A DNA stretch of 64,000 nucleotides from an uncultured virus (IMG/VR IMGVR_UViG_3300028048_000125) (lineage: Duplodnaviria > Heunggongvirae > Uroviricota > Caudoviricetes): the IMG/VR virus record IMGVR_UViG_3300028048_000125; one strand, written 5' to 3'. The translations under genes were made by a program, and so were the position numbers. The notes beneath the pieces are model-generated. The model had not been told where the DNA came from. It ran no database searches and saw nothing but the letters and a program-made list of their open reading frames with translations. Below, one piece after another: positions 1 to 9,419 of this stretch; within the stretch, counting starts at the first letter, position 1; every line of letters begins with the position of its first letter.

Positions 1-109
1 GCATGCAGAGTTCACACAGCTCAGAAGTCAGGTCAGGCTGCGGTGTGGTGAAATGGTTAGGTGCGGTATCCGGACTTTCACCGGCGAAGTAATTCTTGGG
101 TTCGGGCAT
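1..109 (-). CDS. hypothetical protein, N-terminal part (runs off window)
   Basis: GGAGG RBS then ATG at 109; frame MPEPKNYFAGESPDTAPNHF... is open to the window edge. Confidence 0.55.
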   Translation of the reverse strand, partial: MPEPKNYFAGESPDTAPNHFTTPQPDLTSELCELCM

Positions 110-145
110 AATAGGCCTCCTATTGGTTAAGGTTGTTGACAAACA

Positions 146-177
146 AAAAGAGCAGACCTGCCGAAGCAAGCCTGCTC
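146..177 (-). terminator. intrinsic terminator-like hairpin
   Basis: GAGCAGGCTTGC-TTCG-GCAGGTCTGCTC followed by TTTTT on minus strand. Confidence 0.65.
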
Positions 178-201
178 AGTGAAGGATCGACCCTTCTAAT
201 C

Positions 202-229
202 TATTATGCCATCAAAACACCAGCATATT
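202..229 (-). promoter_or_regulatory. phage promoter-like motif, copy 1
   Basis: AATAT-N6-GTTTTGATGGCATAATA, also at 18455-18482 and 29552-29579. Confidence 0.6.
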
Positions 230-665
230 AGGCGACAATATCCCTGGCCATACGCTGCTCGGTAGGGCAATACGCGCCTTTAAGAAAGACATCCTCAGGG
301 ATAGCAAAGATGTGCTCCTCCAGCGGCTCATCACGGTTGATCTTGCCTTTGGCAAAGTAGCCCTTGCTGTCCTGCCAACGGAGGCGCACCACAATACGCG
401 GATCTTCCATATAGCTCTTGGCGCCACTGATGCGATACACAGTACCCAGCGCGAGTTTGCTGGTCAGGCTGTCGCTTACATACAGCCGCTTGCACTTCTC
501 AAGCGTACCCGCGCTGATCGCCAGATCAATGGGACCTGCACTGTAAAAAAGATCGCTGGAGGCTGCCTTAAGCTTAAGACGCATCCACATCGGCTGATGC
601 CGCTTGTCTGCGAACTTCTTCTGCTCCTGGAAGGACTTTCCGGCTTCGTACCAAATCGATTTCAT
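228..665 (-). CDS. hypothetical protein
   Basis: ORF; start moved to ATG 665 (MKSIWYE) after AAGGAG. Confidence 0.65.
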   Translation of the reverse strand: MKSIWYEAGKSFQEQKKFADKRHQPMWMRLKLKAASSDLFYSAGPIDLAISAGTLEKCKRLYVSDSLTSKLALGTVYRISGAKSYMEDPRIVVRLRWQDSKGYFAKGKINRDEPLEEHIFAIPEDVFLKGAYCPTEQRMARDIVA

Positions 666-666
666 A

Positions 667-1176
667 TTATTCTCCTTTATGGGGTTTGGCTCCATGTTCT
701 TCGAGCCATTCAATTGCTTCTTCAGGGTCGTCCACTTCTTCAAGGAAGTCCTTGAGCTCCTCGATATCGAAATACATGGGCAGCTCGTAGCACATCACCG
801 TGTTTGCATGCTTCTTGACAGCCCAGTCCACAAGCTTCTCTGCAGGGAACGCATACAGTCCGATCGTCTCATAAGGCTTGTCTTCAAAGCTGAACATCTC
901 GTCGTCATCAGGATCGATACCGGATGCGAACATATACATCGGCTTAATCTCAGTAGACTCTTTGAAAGGCGCTGCGCTGTATTCGTAGATCTTGCCCAGT
1001 GTCAGCTTGGACTTGATAGATTTGTCCAGGTGCACCATAACAAGGTTGTCGAAGAGTTCGCCTGCCGCGACATCCAGATCGATTACTCCCATGATGTCAT
1101 CCACCAGTGTGAAACGAATCCGTTCGTCTTTATGCTGCTGGATTTCCTTGTCGAGCTGCCGTTTAAGTTTCTTCAT
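667..1176 (-). CDS. acidic hypothetical protein
   Basis: 169 aa ORF, AGGAGG RBS, tightly packed with neighbours. Confidence 0.7.
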   Translation of the reverse strand: MKKLKRQLDKEIQQHKDERIRFTLVDDIMGVIDLDVAAGELFDNLVMVHLDKSIKSKLTLGKIYEYSAAPFKESTEIKPMYMFASGIDPDDDEMFSFEDKPYETIGLYAFPAEKLVDWAVKKHANTVMCYELPMYFDIEELKDFLEEVDDPEEAIEWLEEHGAKPHKGE

Positions 1177-1187
1177 AGGGGGCCTCC

Positions 1188-1484
1188 TTAGTCAAGATCG
1201 ATGTTAGCAAACACAGACAGAATGACATCCCGCACCAGCTCATTCACTGTCATGGTAGCGGGCATTCCGTTTTGATAGACTGTAATGAAACGTTCATGCG
1301 GGAATTCCTGAGACATGAGCATTGCATCGTTCTCGCCTTCCGAGCGCTGGTAGGCATCCACATAAGGATCGCTTTCGGCTTTCAGCTTCTTGTGAACTTT
1401 GAGGACGATGGTACGGAAGGTAGACGGATCCGCTTCGTACTTCAGGACGGGTGCGTCATCGGGGACGTTTTTGTTTTTAGCCAT
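1188..1484 (-). CDS. hypothetical protein
   Basis: 98 aa ORF with AAGGAG RBS. Confidence 0.65.
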   Translation of the reverse strand: MAKNKNVPDDAPVLKYEADPSTFRTIVLKVHKKLKAESDPYVDAYQRSEGENDAMLMSQEFPHERFITVYQNGMPATMTVNELVRDVILSVFANIDLD

Positions 1485-1545
1485 GGGTTATCTCCTTTGT
1501 TAAGGCTTGGTTGATGCTACAGTAGCACTATAACAAGGAGGCTAT

Positions 1546-1842
1546 ATGAAGAGCACAAAATACGCTATCTCAAGACAGGATGCTGGAGCATTTCACCATT
1601 ACATATCATATATAATAAGCCTATATGGTCTAGATGATGTGTTCTACCCTCTAGATGGAGCAGCAACACTAAAAGCCTGGACTGCGAGAGCTCCCTATGA
1701 GATTTTCCTAGATAGCGAAGATCAATATGGCGCCGTGATAACCGTGAAGCCTGTTATAGAAGAGGATAACGCAACAGCTCAAAGGCATTTTCTAAGAACT
1801 ATACATGCTTTTAACATATGGCCGCAAGTTGTAAAGGAGTGA
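1546..1842 (+). CDS. hypothetical protein (rare plus-strand gene)
   Basis: AAGGAGG RBS, 98 aa, AT-richer than flanks. Confidence 0.6.
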   Translation: MKSTKYAISRQDAGAFHHYISYIISLYGLDDVFYPLDGAATLKAWTARAPYEIFLDSEDQYGAVITVKPVIEEDNATAQRHFLRTIHAFNIWPQVVKE

Positions 1843-2042
1843 TCAAATGGAAATCTTTTATCAAGGTACACCTGACTTCTATCGTGAACTATGGATCCTG
1901 TTTGGCGCAATAGAGGAGGAGGAGGAGAAAAGCTATGATTAAATTCTCGCATCCAGGTAAGATTGTAGATTTGCTGTTTGGAGTAACAAAAAGGCCACTC
2001 AATTGAGTGGCCTTCATTGTAAAAAGAAACTTGTAAGCTGTA

Positions 2043-2750
2043 TCAGATCTTACGTGTAGTCGGTGCTTGAGTAGCTGGTGCATTAGCAATCGCGGTATTC
2101 TGCGGCTGCTGATTCAATGTGCCTCTACGGACGCGGAAGCCATTCACAGCACCCTTATCGTTGAAGCTCACCTGAGTGATATCACCCATCTTAAGGCCTT
2201 TCTTCTGGGCTGCTGCGTTGATGGCATTGATCTGGTCTTGTGTATAGCCAGACAGATTGTTTCGACTGAATGCCTGGTAATTGCGCTGTCTGGCATTGCC
2301 GATCTGGGAAGTAAGCTGCTGATTGGTCATCGCATTGCCATTTGCTGCAAACTGATTCTGCTGACCAAGCTGCTGATTATTACCCGCCATATAGGCAGCC
2401 ATCAGATTCTCGTTACGTTTGGAAGCCGCTGCTTGCTGCTGTGCGATCTGTTCCTGCCTTTGCTGCTCTGCCGCTTGCTGGGCAGCTGCCAGTCTGTAAT
2501 CGAGATGCTTGCCTGCTTCAGCCACTCGGCGATCCCAGTCGGCAGCACCTTGCTGCTGACGTTGAATTGCCTCAGGACCAAGGTCCTCGTTCATCTGCTG
2601 ACGGAACTGATTGACCTGATTGTTCAGACGATCATAGCGATCATTGCCGAAGATGTCGGACACAAAGTTGTCATCGCCTACCAGGTTATTAACCCAGCCC
2701 CAGCCAAGACCGGCGGCTTTCCGCATTCTCTGAAGTTCGATGTAATTCAT
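2043..2750 (-). CDS. Gln/Asn/Ala-rich low-complexity protein
   Basis: 235 aa ORF, overlaps upstream gene stop (ATGA). Confidence 0.7.
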   Translation of the reverse strand: MNYIELQRMRKAAGLGWGWVNNLVGDDNFVSDIFGNDRYDRLNNQVNQFRQQMNEDLGPEAIQRQQQGAADWDRRVAEAGKHLDYRLAAAQQAAEQQRQEQIAQQQAAASKRNENLMAAYMAGNNQQLGQQNQFAANGNAMTNQQLTSQIGNARQRNYQAFSRNNLSGYTQDQINAINAAAQKKGLKMGDITQVSFNDKGAVNGFRVRRGTLNQQPQNTAIANAPATQAPTTRKI

Positions 2751-3487
2751 ACGTAGTATTCCTCATCACAGGGTTTATTGCTATTCCTTGTCTTGATCCA
2801 ATACAGAACCACAGCCAGATACATCAGAATGAACAGTGTAGCTGTACCGCTGGGAAGAGGCGACCCAACAGCTTGCGTATCCACAATTACAGGATCCGCC
2901 ACACCGACCAGCCCGAAGTTGATTTGTGCGCCACCGGGCAGAAACAGCTGGCCGATATCCATATAACTATTCAGAGCATCCGTACGCTGATTAAAGGTGC
3001 TGAGATGGTAGCCTGCTGGCGTATTGGAAGCAACCTCATCTGTGCCGTTACTCAGATAGATCTCTATCTCATCCCCAGATTTGAAGTCGCCAAGGTAATA
3101 CTGATTGCGATAGACGCGGTCCGCTTCTCCACCCTGGGCTTCCTTATACAGATTATATTTATAATAGTCGCCCTGTGAGATGCGACTGTTGTCTGTGAAA
3201 GACCAGGAGTGGACACCTGTGGAATCCTTATAGCCATATTCAGTCAGTCCATACGTGGGACTTGTAAGCAGCTCTGACTGATAAGCAGAAGATGTGTTGT
3301 TAAACAGATCAGTAAGCCACAGCTTAGCATCGGCTTTCAGTTGGATCTTGAAATAAGCGCCAGCAGTGCCTTCATTGTAGGCGTTAGTATAGGGTGTCTC
3401 GTAAACGTCATAAACAGTGGCAGCCGAAGCCGCCACTGTGATGCCTAAAAGAAAGAGTGTAAGTAGTTTTTTCGTATAACTTTTCAT
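2747..3487 (-). CDS. secreted protein with PEP-CTERM-like C-terminal anchor
   Basis: N-terminal signal peptide (MKSYTKKLLTLFLLGITVAASA); C-terminal GSPLPSG, hydrophobic helix and basic tail. Confidence 0.65.
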   Translation of the reverse strand: MKSYTKKLLTLFLLGITVAASAATVYDVYETPYTNAYNEGTAGAYFKIQLKADAKLWLTDLFNNTSSAYQSELLTSPTYGLTEYGYKDSTGVHSWSFTDNSRISQGDYYKYNLYKEAQGGEADRVYRNQYYLGDFKSGDEIEIYLSNGTDEVASNTPAGYHLSTFNQRTDALNSYMDIGQLFLPGGAQINFGLVGVADPVIVDTQAVGSPLPSGTATLFILMYLAVVLYWIKTRNSNKPCDEEYYV

Positions 3488-3595
3488 AGTGTATCCTGAT
3501 ATTAGAAGTTAATTCTGTTAGTTGAATGTACCCGCCGTTTCCGGCGGGTCAGGTAGACGTTCGTAAGTAACAGCGGTGAATGTGTAGTGTCATTG

Positions 3596-6478
3596 TTACT
3601 TGTAAGTGATGTAAGCACCTATCTTGCTTGTAATAACAGCCCCAGTTTCAGAGGTAACAAGTAATGCAGTACCACCACTGGAGACAATGAGATTGCCTGT
3701 TTTGTTGACCGTGGTGTCGGTCGCCGTGCCACCTTTAGAAACATACATGATGCCGCCGGAGTTGACCGTGGTGTCGGTCGCCGTGCCACCGTTAGAAACA
3801 TACATGCTGCCTCCAGAGTTGACCGTTGTACTGTTCGCTGTAGCACCGGAGGAGACATAGAGCCTGCCCCCGGGGCTGACCGTGGTGCTGTCCGCCGTGC
3901 CACCGTTAGAAACATACATGCTGCCGCGAGAGTTGATCGTGGTGTCGCTCACGATGCCACCGCTGAAGACGTTGATCCTGCCGTTTGGGCTGATCGTGGT
4001 GTTGTCCGCCATGCCTCCGCTGGAGACGTAGAGATAGCCAAAATCGTTGACCGTGGTGTTGTCCGCGGTGCCGCCAAAGCAGACATTGAAATAGCCTCCG
4101 GAGTTGACCGTGGTGACGGTCGCCGTGCCGCCCGAACTGACATTCACCCTGCCGCTGATGATCGTGGTGCTGTTCGCCATGCCACCTTTAGAAACATACA
4201 TGATGCCGCCGGAGTTGACCGCGGTGAGGCTCGCAGTACCGCCGTTCATCACGCACATGGTACCCCCAACTGTTTTATCATTCATGATAGTGGCATGAGA
4301 AAGCAACTGATTGGCTGAGCCGAAATAGACACCAGAATACTCACTGGCGAATGTCACATATGCATAAGCCTTGACATCGATATTTCCCTCACATGGTGTC
4401 CAGACAATATTCGTCGCCGTGCCGCCGGAGGAGACCAACATGGAACCGCCGCTGTTGACCGTGGTGTTGTTCGCCACGCCGCCAAAGAAGACATTGAAAT
4501 AGCCTATGGAGTTGACCGTGGTGTCGGTCGCCGTGCCGCCGGAGGAGACGTAGAGATAGCCTGTTTTGTTGACCGTGGTGTTGTCCGCCATGCCTCCGCT
4601 GGAGACGTAGAGATAGCCAAAATCGTTGACCGTGGTGTTGTCCGCGGTGCCGCCGACATACATGCTGCCGCGAGAGTTGATCGCGGTGCTGTTCGCCTTG
4701 CCACCGTCTTCGACATAGAGATAGCCCCCGGGGCTGATCGTGGTGTTGTCCGCGGTGCCGCCGGAGGAGACCCACATGGAACCGCCGCTGTTGACCGTGG
4801 TGCTGTCCGCCGTGCCACCGTTAGAAACATAGAGATAGCCAAAATTGTTGACCGTGGTGTTGTCCGCCATGCCACCGTTAGAAACATAGAGATAGCCAAA
4901 CTTGTTGACCGTGGTGTTGTTCGCCACGCCGCCAAAGAAGACATTGAAATAGCCGCCGGAGGTGACCGTGGTGCTGTTTGCCACGCTTCCGTCATTAAGA
5001 GTTGCCAAGCAATCAGAAACCGAGGCATTATTTATAACACAAGAAGAAAACCTAACTTCTTGAGATAGTAAAACATTAGTGCATGTCAATACACCGCCCT
5101 TAATGACTGCTCTTGCATTAAATGTGAGGTCAGATGCACGAAGCTCACCCAAACAAGTAAGTTCTCCGCCAGCCAAAAGTGTACTGGCTGTACCATTACC
5201 AAAAATAGAAACACCATCAGAAATTGTAGCTGTTACACCGGAGAGTGCAATAGACTGACCACTAGTCGCTGGTGCAAACATAATAACAGATGCATTGTTA
5301 GCAAGTCCATATGGTAGGCTACCTTCTTCTGTACCGGACGTAACAGAAACAACATAAGCTTCTTCAGTATTCTCAACAAGTAAAAAAGCCTTACCATCAC
5401 GGAATTTCACAACACAATCATTAATTGAAGCTGATGTAAACGTTGCGCTCGTTTTTAAGGGAGCGACTGTCTGAACTGTACCAGCAGCACCAACAATAAT
5501 AGTTATAAGCGCATCCTGTCCTGTATAACCAGAAGGACACGTACCAACACTCAACTGATGTGTTCCTGTAGCTAGCAATTTATAGCTGTGATTTGATTCG
5601 ATAGTAACAGCAGGGCTGCTTCCCATATCGATAATAGGAGTCCACGGCTGGACCATATCGGCTTTCACCAAATAGTAGTCAGCAAACGCATCGGGATTGC
5701 TGAGCGATGCAATATAAGCAATGGATTCAGCCGTGCATGCGGTCACTTCATACTGTCTGCAATAGCTCACTGTAACAGCGCCCGTGCCAGACAGTGCAAA
5801 TGATGCCGGACATGTATTGGCGCTCGATGTAAACGTAACAGCCAGCTTTACAGAAACACCAGCTGCAACAGACTTAGCTGTACGGTCGCCTGTATCAAGC
5901 CATTTGCAGTTAGCAGACGGTGTGACAGTGCCAGCTGTAGTCGGCACTATAGTCGCAATAAACAGATAATTCAGATTCTTGGCATACTTAGGAAAAGCTG
6001 CAAAACCAAGCAAGCTGCCCGTGATAGTAAAGCTGCCAAGATAATCACCAGTAACGCCATCCGGTGCACTGGTAACATCAACCGCCTGACCAGTGGTAAG
6101 AGCACCTCTGAGTGCAGCCACATCTACAACCTTGGTAGCAGTGGTGCCATCTATCAACGTTTCAACATCAGTGAGAGGCACAGAGATAGTGCTGGCAGTC
6201 TCTCCTGCGACCAATTCTACGCCGGTACCTGCTTCCAGTGCAGGTTGCTTGCTATCGAGAATAGGCTTCAGTGCATCCGGTGTAACAACACTTCCAGTGG
6301 TGCCGAGCTCTATATCCTCAGTGGTTGCCATAGTAATGGAAAGTGTACTGCCTGCAACCGAAAGGCCATTGGCCACAGCCATATCGACAGCAGCCAGATT
6401 GGTGCGCGGAACAATAAGTTCGTCCTGGAGGTTCTTCAGGACAACGAAGTTGGTATTGCCTTTAAGATCTACGCTCAT
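3596..6478 (-). CDS. AIDA/autotransporter-type beta-helix repeat protein, putative tail fibre or receptor-binding protein
   Basis: 960 aa; about 20 repeats of ~19 aa (TTVNSGGxxxVSSGGTA) in the C-terminal half; no beta-barrel translocator. Confidence 0.75.
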   Translation of the reverse strand: MSVDLKGNTNFVVLKNLQDELIVPRTNLAAVDMAVANGLSVAGSTLSITMATTEDIELGTTGSVVTPDALKPILDSKQPALEAGTGVELVAGETASTISVPLTDVETLIDGTTATKVVDVAALRGALTTGQAVDVTSAPDGVTGDYLGSFTITGSLLGFAAFPKYAKNLNYLFIATIVPTTAGTVTPSANCKWLDTGDRTAKSVAAGVSVKLAVTFTSSANTCPASFALSGTGAVTVSYCRQYEVTACTAESIAYIASLSNPDAFADYYLVKADMVQPWTPIIDMGSSPAVTIESNHSYKLLATGTHQLSVGTCPSGYTGQDALITIIVGAAGTVQTVAPLKTSATFTSASINDCVVKFRDGKAFLLVENTEEAYVVSVTSGTEEGSLPYGLANNASVIMFAPATSGQSIALSGVTATISDGVSIFGNGTASTLLAGGELTCLGELRASDLTFNARAVIKGGVLTCTNVLLSQEVRFSSCVINNASVSDCLATLNDGSVANSTTVTSGGYFNVFFGGVANNTTVNKFGYLYVSNGGMADNTTVNNFGYLYVSNGGTADSTTVNSGGSMWVSSGGTADNTTISPGGYLYVEDGGKANSTAINSRGSMYVGGTADNTTVNDFGYLYVSSGGMADNTTVNKTGYLYVSSGGTATDTTVNSIGYFNVFFGGVANNTTVNSGGSMLVSSGGTATNIVWTPCEGNIDVKAYAYVTFASEYSGVYFGSANQLLSHATIMNDKTVGGTMCVMNGGTASLTAVNSGGIMYVSKGGMANSTTIISGRVNVSSGGTATVTTVNSGGYFNVCFGGTADNTTVNDFGYLYVSSGGMADNTTISPNGRINVFSGGIVSDTTINSRGSMYVSNGGTADSTTVSPGGRLYVSSGATANSTTVNSGGSMYVSNGGTATDTTVNSGGIMYVSKGGTATDTTVNKTGNLIVSSGGTALLVTSETGAVITSKIGAYITYK
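3690..4990. repeat. ~57-bp intragenic tandem repeats encoding beta-helix rungs
   Basis: recurring GTTGACCGTGGTG and GCCACCGTTAGAAACATA blocks; exact 81-bp duplicate at 3995-4075 and 4574-4654. Confidence 0.9.
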
Positions 6479-6576
6479 TGTAAACTCCTGTTATGAGTGT
6501 CGTTTTCTTTAATGTAGACGTAAATACCGTATACCGGCAGTAGATGATCCCGGTCTGATGGCTGTTACAGCAGTTT

Positions 6577-6656
6577 CACATAATACGCTTTATATACTAC
6601 TGGCATGTCTCCCCTTTAAGGGGAGACTGCCTATAAGTATATAAAGCTATTATGTG
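6577..6656. repeat. long imperfect inverted repeat
   Basis: CACATAATA-C-GCTTTATATACT ... GTCTCCCCT-TTA-AGGGGAGAC ... AGTATATAAAGC-TATTATGTG. Confidence 0.8.
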
Positions 6657-6683
6657 CCATCTAAAAAAAGACCGGGGAGTATC

Positions 6684-7049
6684 TCATCCCCGATCCTCTG
6701 CCGCAGGATCCCAGACATCGTTTGCAGAAACCCGATGCTTCTCGCAATGACCGATGTCCATATCCCTGCCTGGCCATACGGCAGAAAACAATATGATGTC
6801 CTCCGATATCTGCTGGATGTTCCAGCCTTCTCTTGGCAGCATGTGCTCTACTGTCCCGAGATGCAGCCATAGCTGAAAGCCGCATGAATGCATATACCAG
6901 CAATCCGCGTGTTCCAGATAGCAACGAGTCAGTACCATACAGTCCTCTGTGCCGTCGTCGCAGGGTGTCCTATGCACTGCAATCAGCCTGGTCCCAAAGA
7001 CAGGATCCCGGTAGTCCACCACCTTTTGTTTGGCTTCTTCATACGTCAT
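6684..7049 (-). CDS. hypothetical protein, tandem family A (divergent member)
   Basis: MTYEEA...DPVFG start; Trp-rich. Confidence 0.6.
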   Translation of the reverse strand: MTYEEAKQKVVDYRDPVFGTRLIAVHRTPCDDGTEDCMVLTRCYLEHADCWYMHSCGFQLWLHLGTVEHMLPREGWNIQQISEDIILFSAVWPGRDMDIGHCEKHRVSANDVWDPAAEDRG

Positions 7050-7174
7050 AGTCAGTTCCTAACAGGAAAGAAAACACCCTTATATGACTATATAAGGGTG
7101 CATATCTCACTTTTGTTAAAGCCCATACAAAATGAAGAAAGTGCACTCATATATTATATGAGTGCAAAATCTTC

Positions 7175-7504
7175 TTAATGCACCGGCCATCCATTCTCCA
7201 TGTACCAGTCGGCCACATTATAGGGCCTATCATTCGTATACCAGGTATCATAGAACCAGCGGTCTGATTCTTTCGCCACTGCGGGAAGATCGTCCATGGA
7301 TATCATCACAGGATCGCCGCAGTCCCATCTCCAGCAACAGATATTCCCGTCTTTATCAACAAACAGGATATATGTGGCCTGATTCACGGATACCTTGTGG
7401 CATGGAACCTCTCCGGCACGAAACCGCGTGATCGGACCGAACGGCGAGAGACACTGCAGCACTGTCTTGATCTTCAGACCGATAATTGCTTCGTTGAATG
7501 TCAT
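7175..7504 (-). CDS. hypothetical protein, tandem family A
   Basis: MTFNEA...SPFG...ATY...DRW..TWY..VADWY...GW. Confidence 0.75.
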   Translation of the reverse strand: MTFNEAIIGLKIKTVLQCLSPFGPITRFRAGEVPCHKVSVNQATYILFVDKDGNICCWRWDCGDPVMISMDDLPAVAKESDRWFYDTWYTNDRPYNVADWYMENGWPVH

Positions 7505-7851
7505 ACAGGCGCCTCCGGTGTTATCCAGCCCTCGGACAAATACCAGTCACCTACTTTGTGTGGATCTTCATACAGATACCAAGTGGCTGTGTACCAGCGA
7601 TCGCTGCATATGGCGGCTTTAGGCAGCTCGTCAATAGGTACCAGAACAAGTACTCCTCCGGTTTTCCATTCCCAGCAGTAAGGCTGTCCGTTACGACCCA
7701 TCATCATTACATATGTGGCTTCTTCCAGCCTAGACAGCTTGCAACAAGGAGCCTCGCTATCAATAGAGGCTTGTTTCGGTTCGTAGAATGGAGACATACT
7801 TGGCTTTACTGTTCGCATAGCCAGCCAGTCAAGAGCATCAGAGAAAGTCAT
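7501..7851 (-). CDS. hypothetical protein, tandem family A
   Basis: MTFSDA...SPF...ATY...DRW..TWY..VGDWY...GW. Confidence 0.75.
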   Translation of the reverse strand: MTFSDALDWLAMRTVKPSMSPFYEPKQASIDSEAPCCKLSRLEEATYVMMMGRNGQPYCWEWKTGGVLVLVPIDELPKAAICSDRWYTATWYLYEDPHKVGDWYLSEGWITPEAPV

Positions 7852-8228
7852 AACGATACCTCCATAGGCCAGCCATTCTCACGATACCAGTTAGATACCT
7901 GCCAGTCCGGCGCAGTTATGATCCAGGAATCCCGTTTCCACGCATTTGGAAGAAAACCGGACTCACTCAGCACAGTGTCTAAATCTTCTACCGATATAAT
8001 ATCGAGCGGCTCTTGACCGAGCGGACTCTTTCGAGACAGTACACATGGCTTTCCTGCGTTATTAATAAATAGGATGTATGGAGCCCATCCATTATGATCC
8101 ATCAGCTTAGCACACGGCACATTGGTAGACGACAACGGCATGCCTTTCCACACGGTAGACGGGAATGGCGACATTGCTGCCTCCACAGTAAGCGCCAAGA
8201 GCCATCTGACACTTTCATCTATGGTCAT
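7848..8228 (-). CDS. hypothetical protein, tandem family A
   Basis: start moved to MTIDES; SPF...VSNWY...GW. Confidence 0.7.
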   Translation of the reverse strand: MTIDESVRWLLALTVEAAMSPFPSTVWKGMPLSSTNVPCAKLMDHNGWAPYILFINNAGKPCVLSRKSPLGQEPLDIISVEDLDTVLSESGFLPNAWKRDSWIITAPDWQVSNWYRENGWPMEVSL

Positions 8229-8610
8229 GCTGCCCCCTTTGCTCCAATATGAAGTTGCTGATCTCCCAGGTAGGACGATCCACATTCCACCAGGTGATAA
8301 GCCAGCCTGCATCTACTGGCAGCTTAAGCTCCTCTTCCTTGACTTGTGTGCATCCGGCCCAGCCATGATCAAGCTTGAAGAACACAGGAGCCATATTCTT
8401 ATCCAGCACGCAGACCACGACAGCATAACCGGCATCGTAGTATTTTGCACAGATCTCTTCCTTGTCTGCATCAGCACGGACATGGTGGATGAGTGTGCCG
8501 AATGGCGATATCATGCCCATCTTCTGCTGAGTAAGCTTAAACAGCATCTCCTGAGTACCTACGGCGGAGTCGGTGTGCGGGCCATCTTCAGAAAAAGCTA
8601 CTACTCTCAT
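8215..8610 (-). CDS. hypothetical protein, tandem family A
   Basis: SPFG ... W..TWW...P.W.I. Confidence 0.65.
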   Translation of the reverse strand: MRVVAFSEDGPHTDSAVGTQEMLFKLTQQKMGMISPFGTLIHHVRADADKEEICAKYYDAGYAVVVCVLDKNMAPVFFKLDHGWAGCTQVKEEELKLPVDAGWLITWWNVDRPTWEISNFILEQRGQHDHR

Positions 8611-8951
8611 GTTGCTGCCTCCGGTTGTTTATAGAGCATGCCTTCATTGTACAGCTGCACGACGACACTGTCTTCTGGCAATATCTTCAGGTACAATGTG
8701 CCGGTCTGCCAGTTGGTGCTAATCTGGTCTGCTGTATTGAATGTGGTTTCCATGATGGAATTTGTTGGCCCGTTATTTATAACTTCGAATATGAGCGGCT
8801 CAAATGCCTTGTTCAATATAATTATCCGATGACTGGCATCTCTGTATGCAACATCCAGCGCATTCAAGATATTATAAGGTTGAGCCTCGAACGGCGCATT
8901 TGCCTTCAATAAATGCTGTTTTATTATGGCGATAGCCTCAGTTAACTTCAT
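8607..8951 (-). CDS. hypothetical protein, tandem family A (divergent member)
   Basis: start moved to MKLTEA after GGAG; APF motif. Confidence 0.6.
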   Translation of the reverse strand: MKLTEAIAIIKQHLLKANAPFEAQPYNILNALDVAYRDASHRIIILNKAFEPLIFEVINNGPTNSIMETTFNTADQISTNWQTGTLYLKILPEDSVVVQLYNEGMLYKQPEAAT

Positions 8952-8999
8952 TTGATCTCCAAAATAGGCACCCCCTGAGGGCACCTATAAGCTAATAGA

Positions 9000-9059
9000 G
9001 CTTATATGCTGTAGGGCTGATCTCTTCTGGCAAGAAGAGATCGCCCAAAGTATATAAGC
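9000..9059. repeat. long imperfect inverted repeat related to 6577-6656
   Basis: GCTTATATGCT ... GATCTCTTCT-GGCA-AGAAGAGATC ... AGTATATAAGC. Confidence 0.75.
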
Positions 9060-9071
9060 GTGGTGTACGAT

Positions 9072-9419
9072 TTAGACAACACGGAATGTCAGCCATAACA
9101 GATGACGGTCTACATATTGCCGGAACACATCGTTGGTTGTATCCGACGCAGGCTGCCAATCTGCTTCCCCTTCCAGGAAAGACCGGTTAACTTTGCCGAT
9201 TGCCTCCGCTACGTTTTGCTGGAGCACGTCGGGGATATCCACATCCGAATGCGGGAACCATCTGTGCACTATCGGATCGTCTTCCTCGTTGATCCAGATA
9301 AGCCAGAACGGCCTTCCTGTTACGGAAGTCATCCTGGCTATGGCACCTGTATAACGGGAGAACGGATCCAACTTTGCCTGTCTGCTGGCTTCACAGAGAT
9401 CCATATAGCCTCCTGTCAT
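9072..9419 (-). CDS. hypothetical protein (family A-like start)
   Basis: ORF; MDLCEA...DPFS. Confidence 0.6.
   Translation of the reverse strand: MTGGYMDLCEASRQAKLDPFSRYTGAIARMTSVTGRPFWLIWINEEDDPIVHRWFPHSDVDIPDVLQQNVAEAIGKVNRSFLEGEADWQPASDTTNDVFRQYVDRHLLWLTFRVV

Noticed and set aside
2043..2750. Q/N-rich protein as a prion-like element
   Set aside because: Composition alone is insufficient; such low complexity is common in large-phage virion proteins
3690..4990. CRISPR array or DGR template/variable repeat
   Set aside because: Repeats are in-frame protein repeats without unique spacers; no cas or reverse transcriptase gene seen
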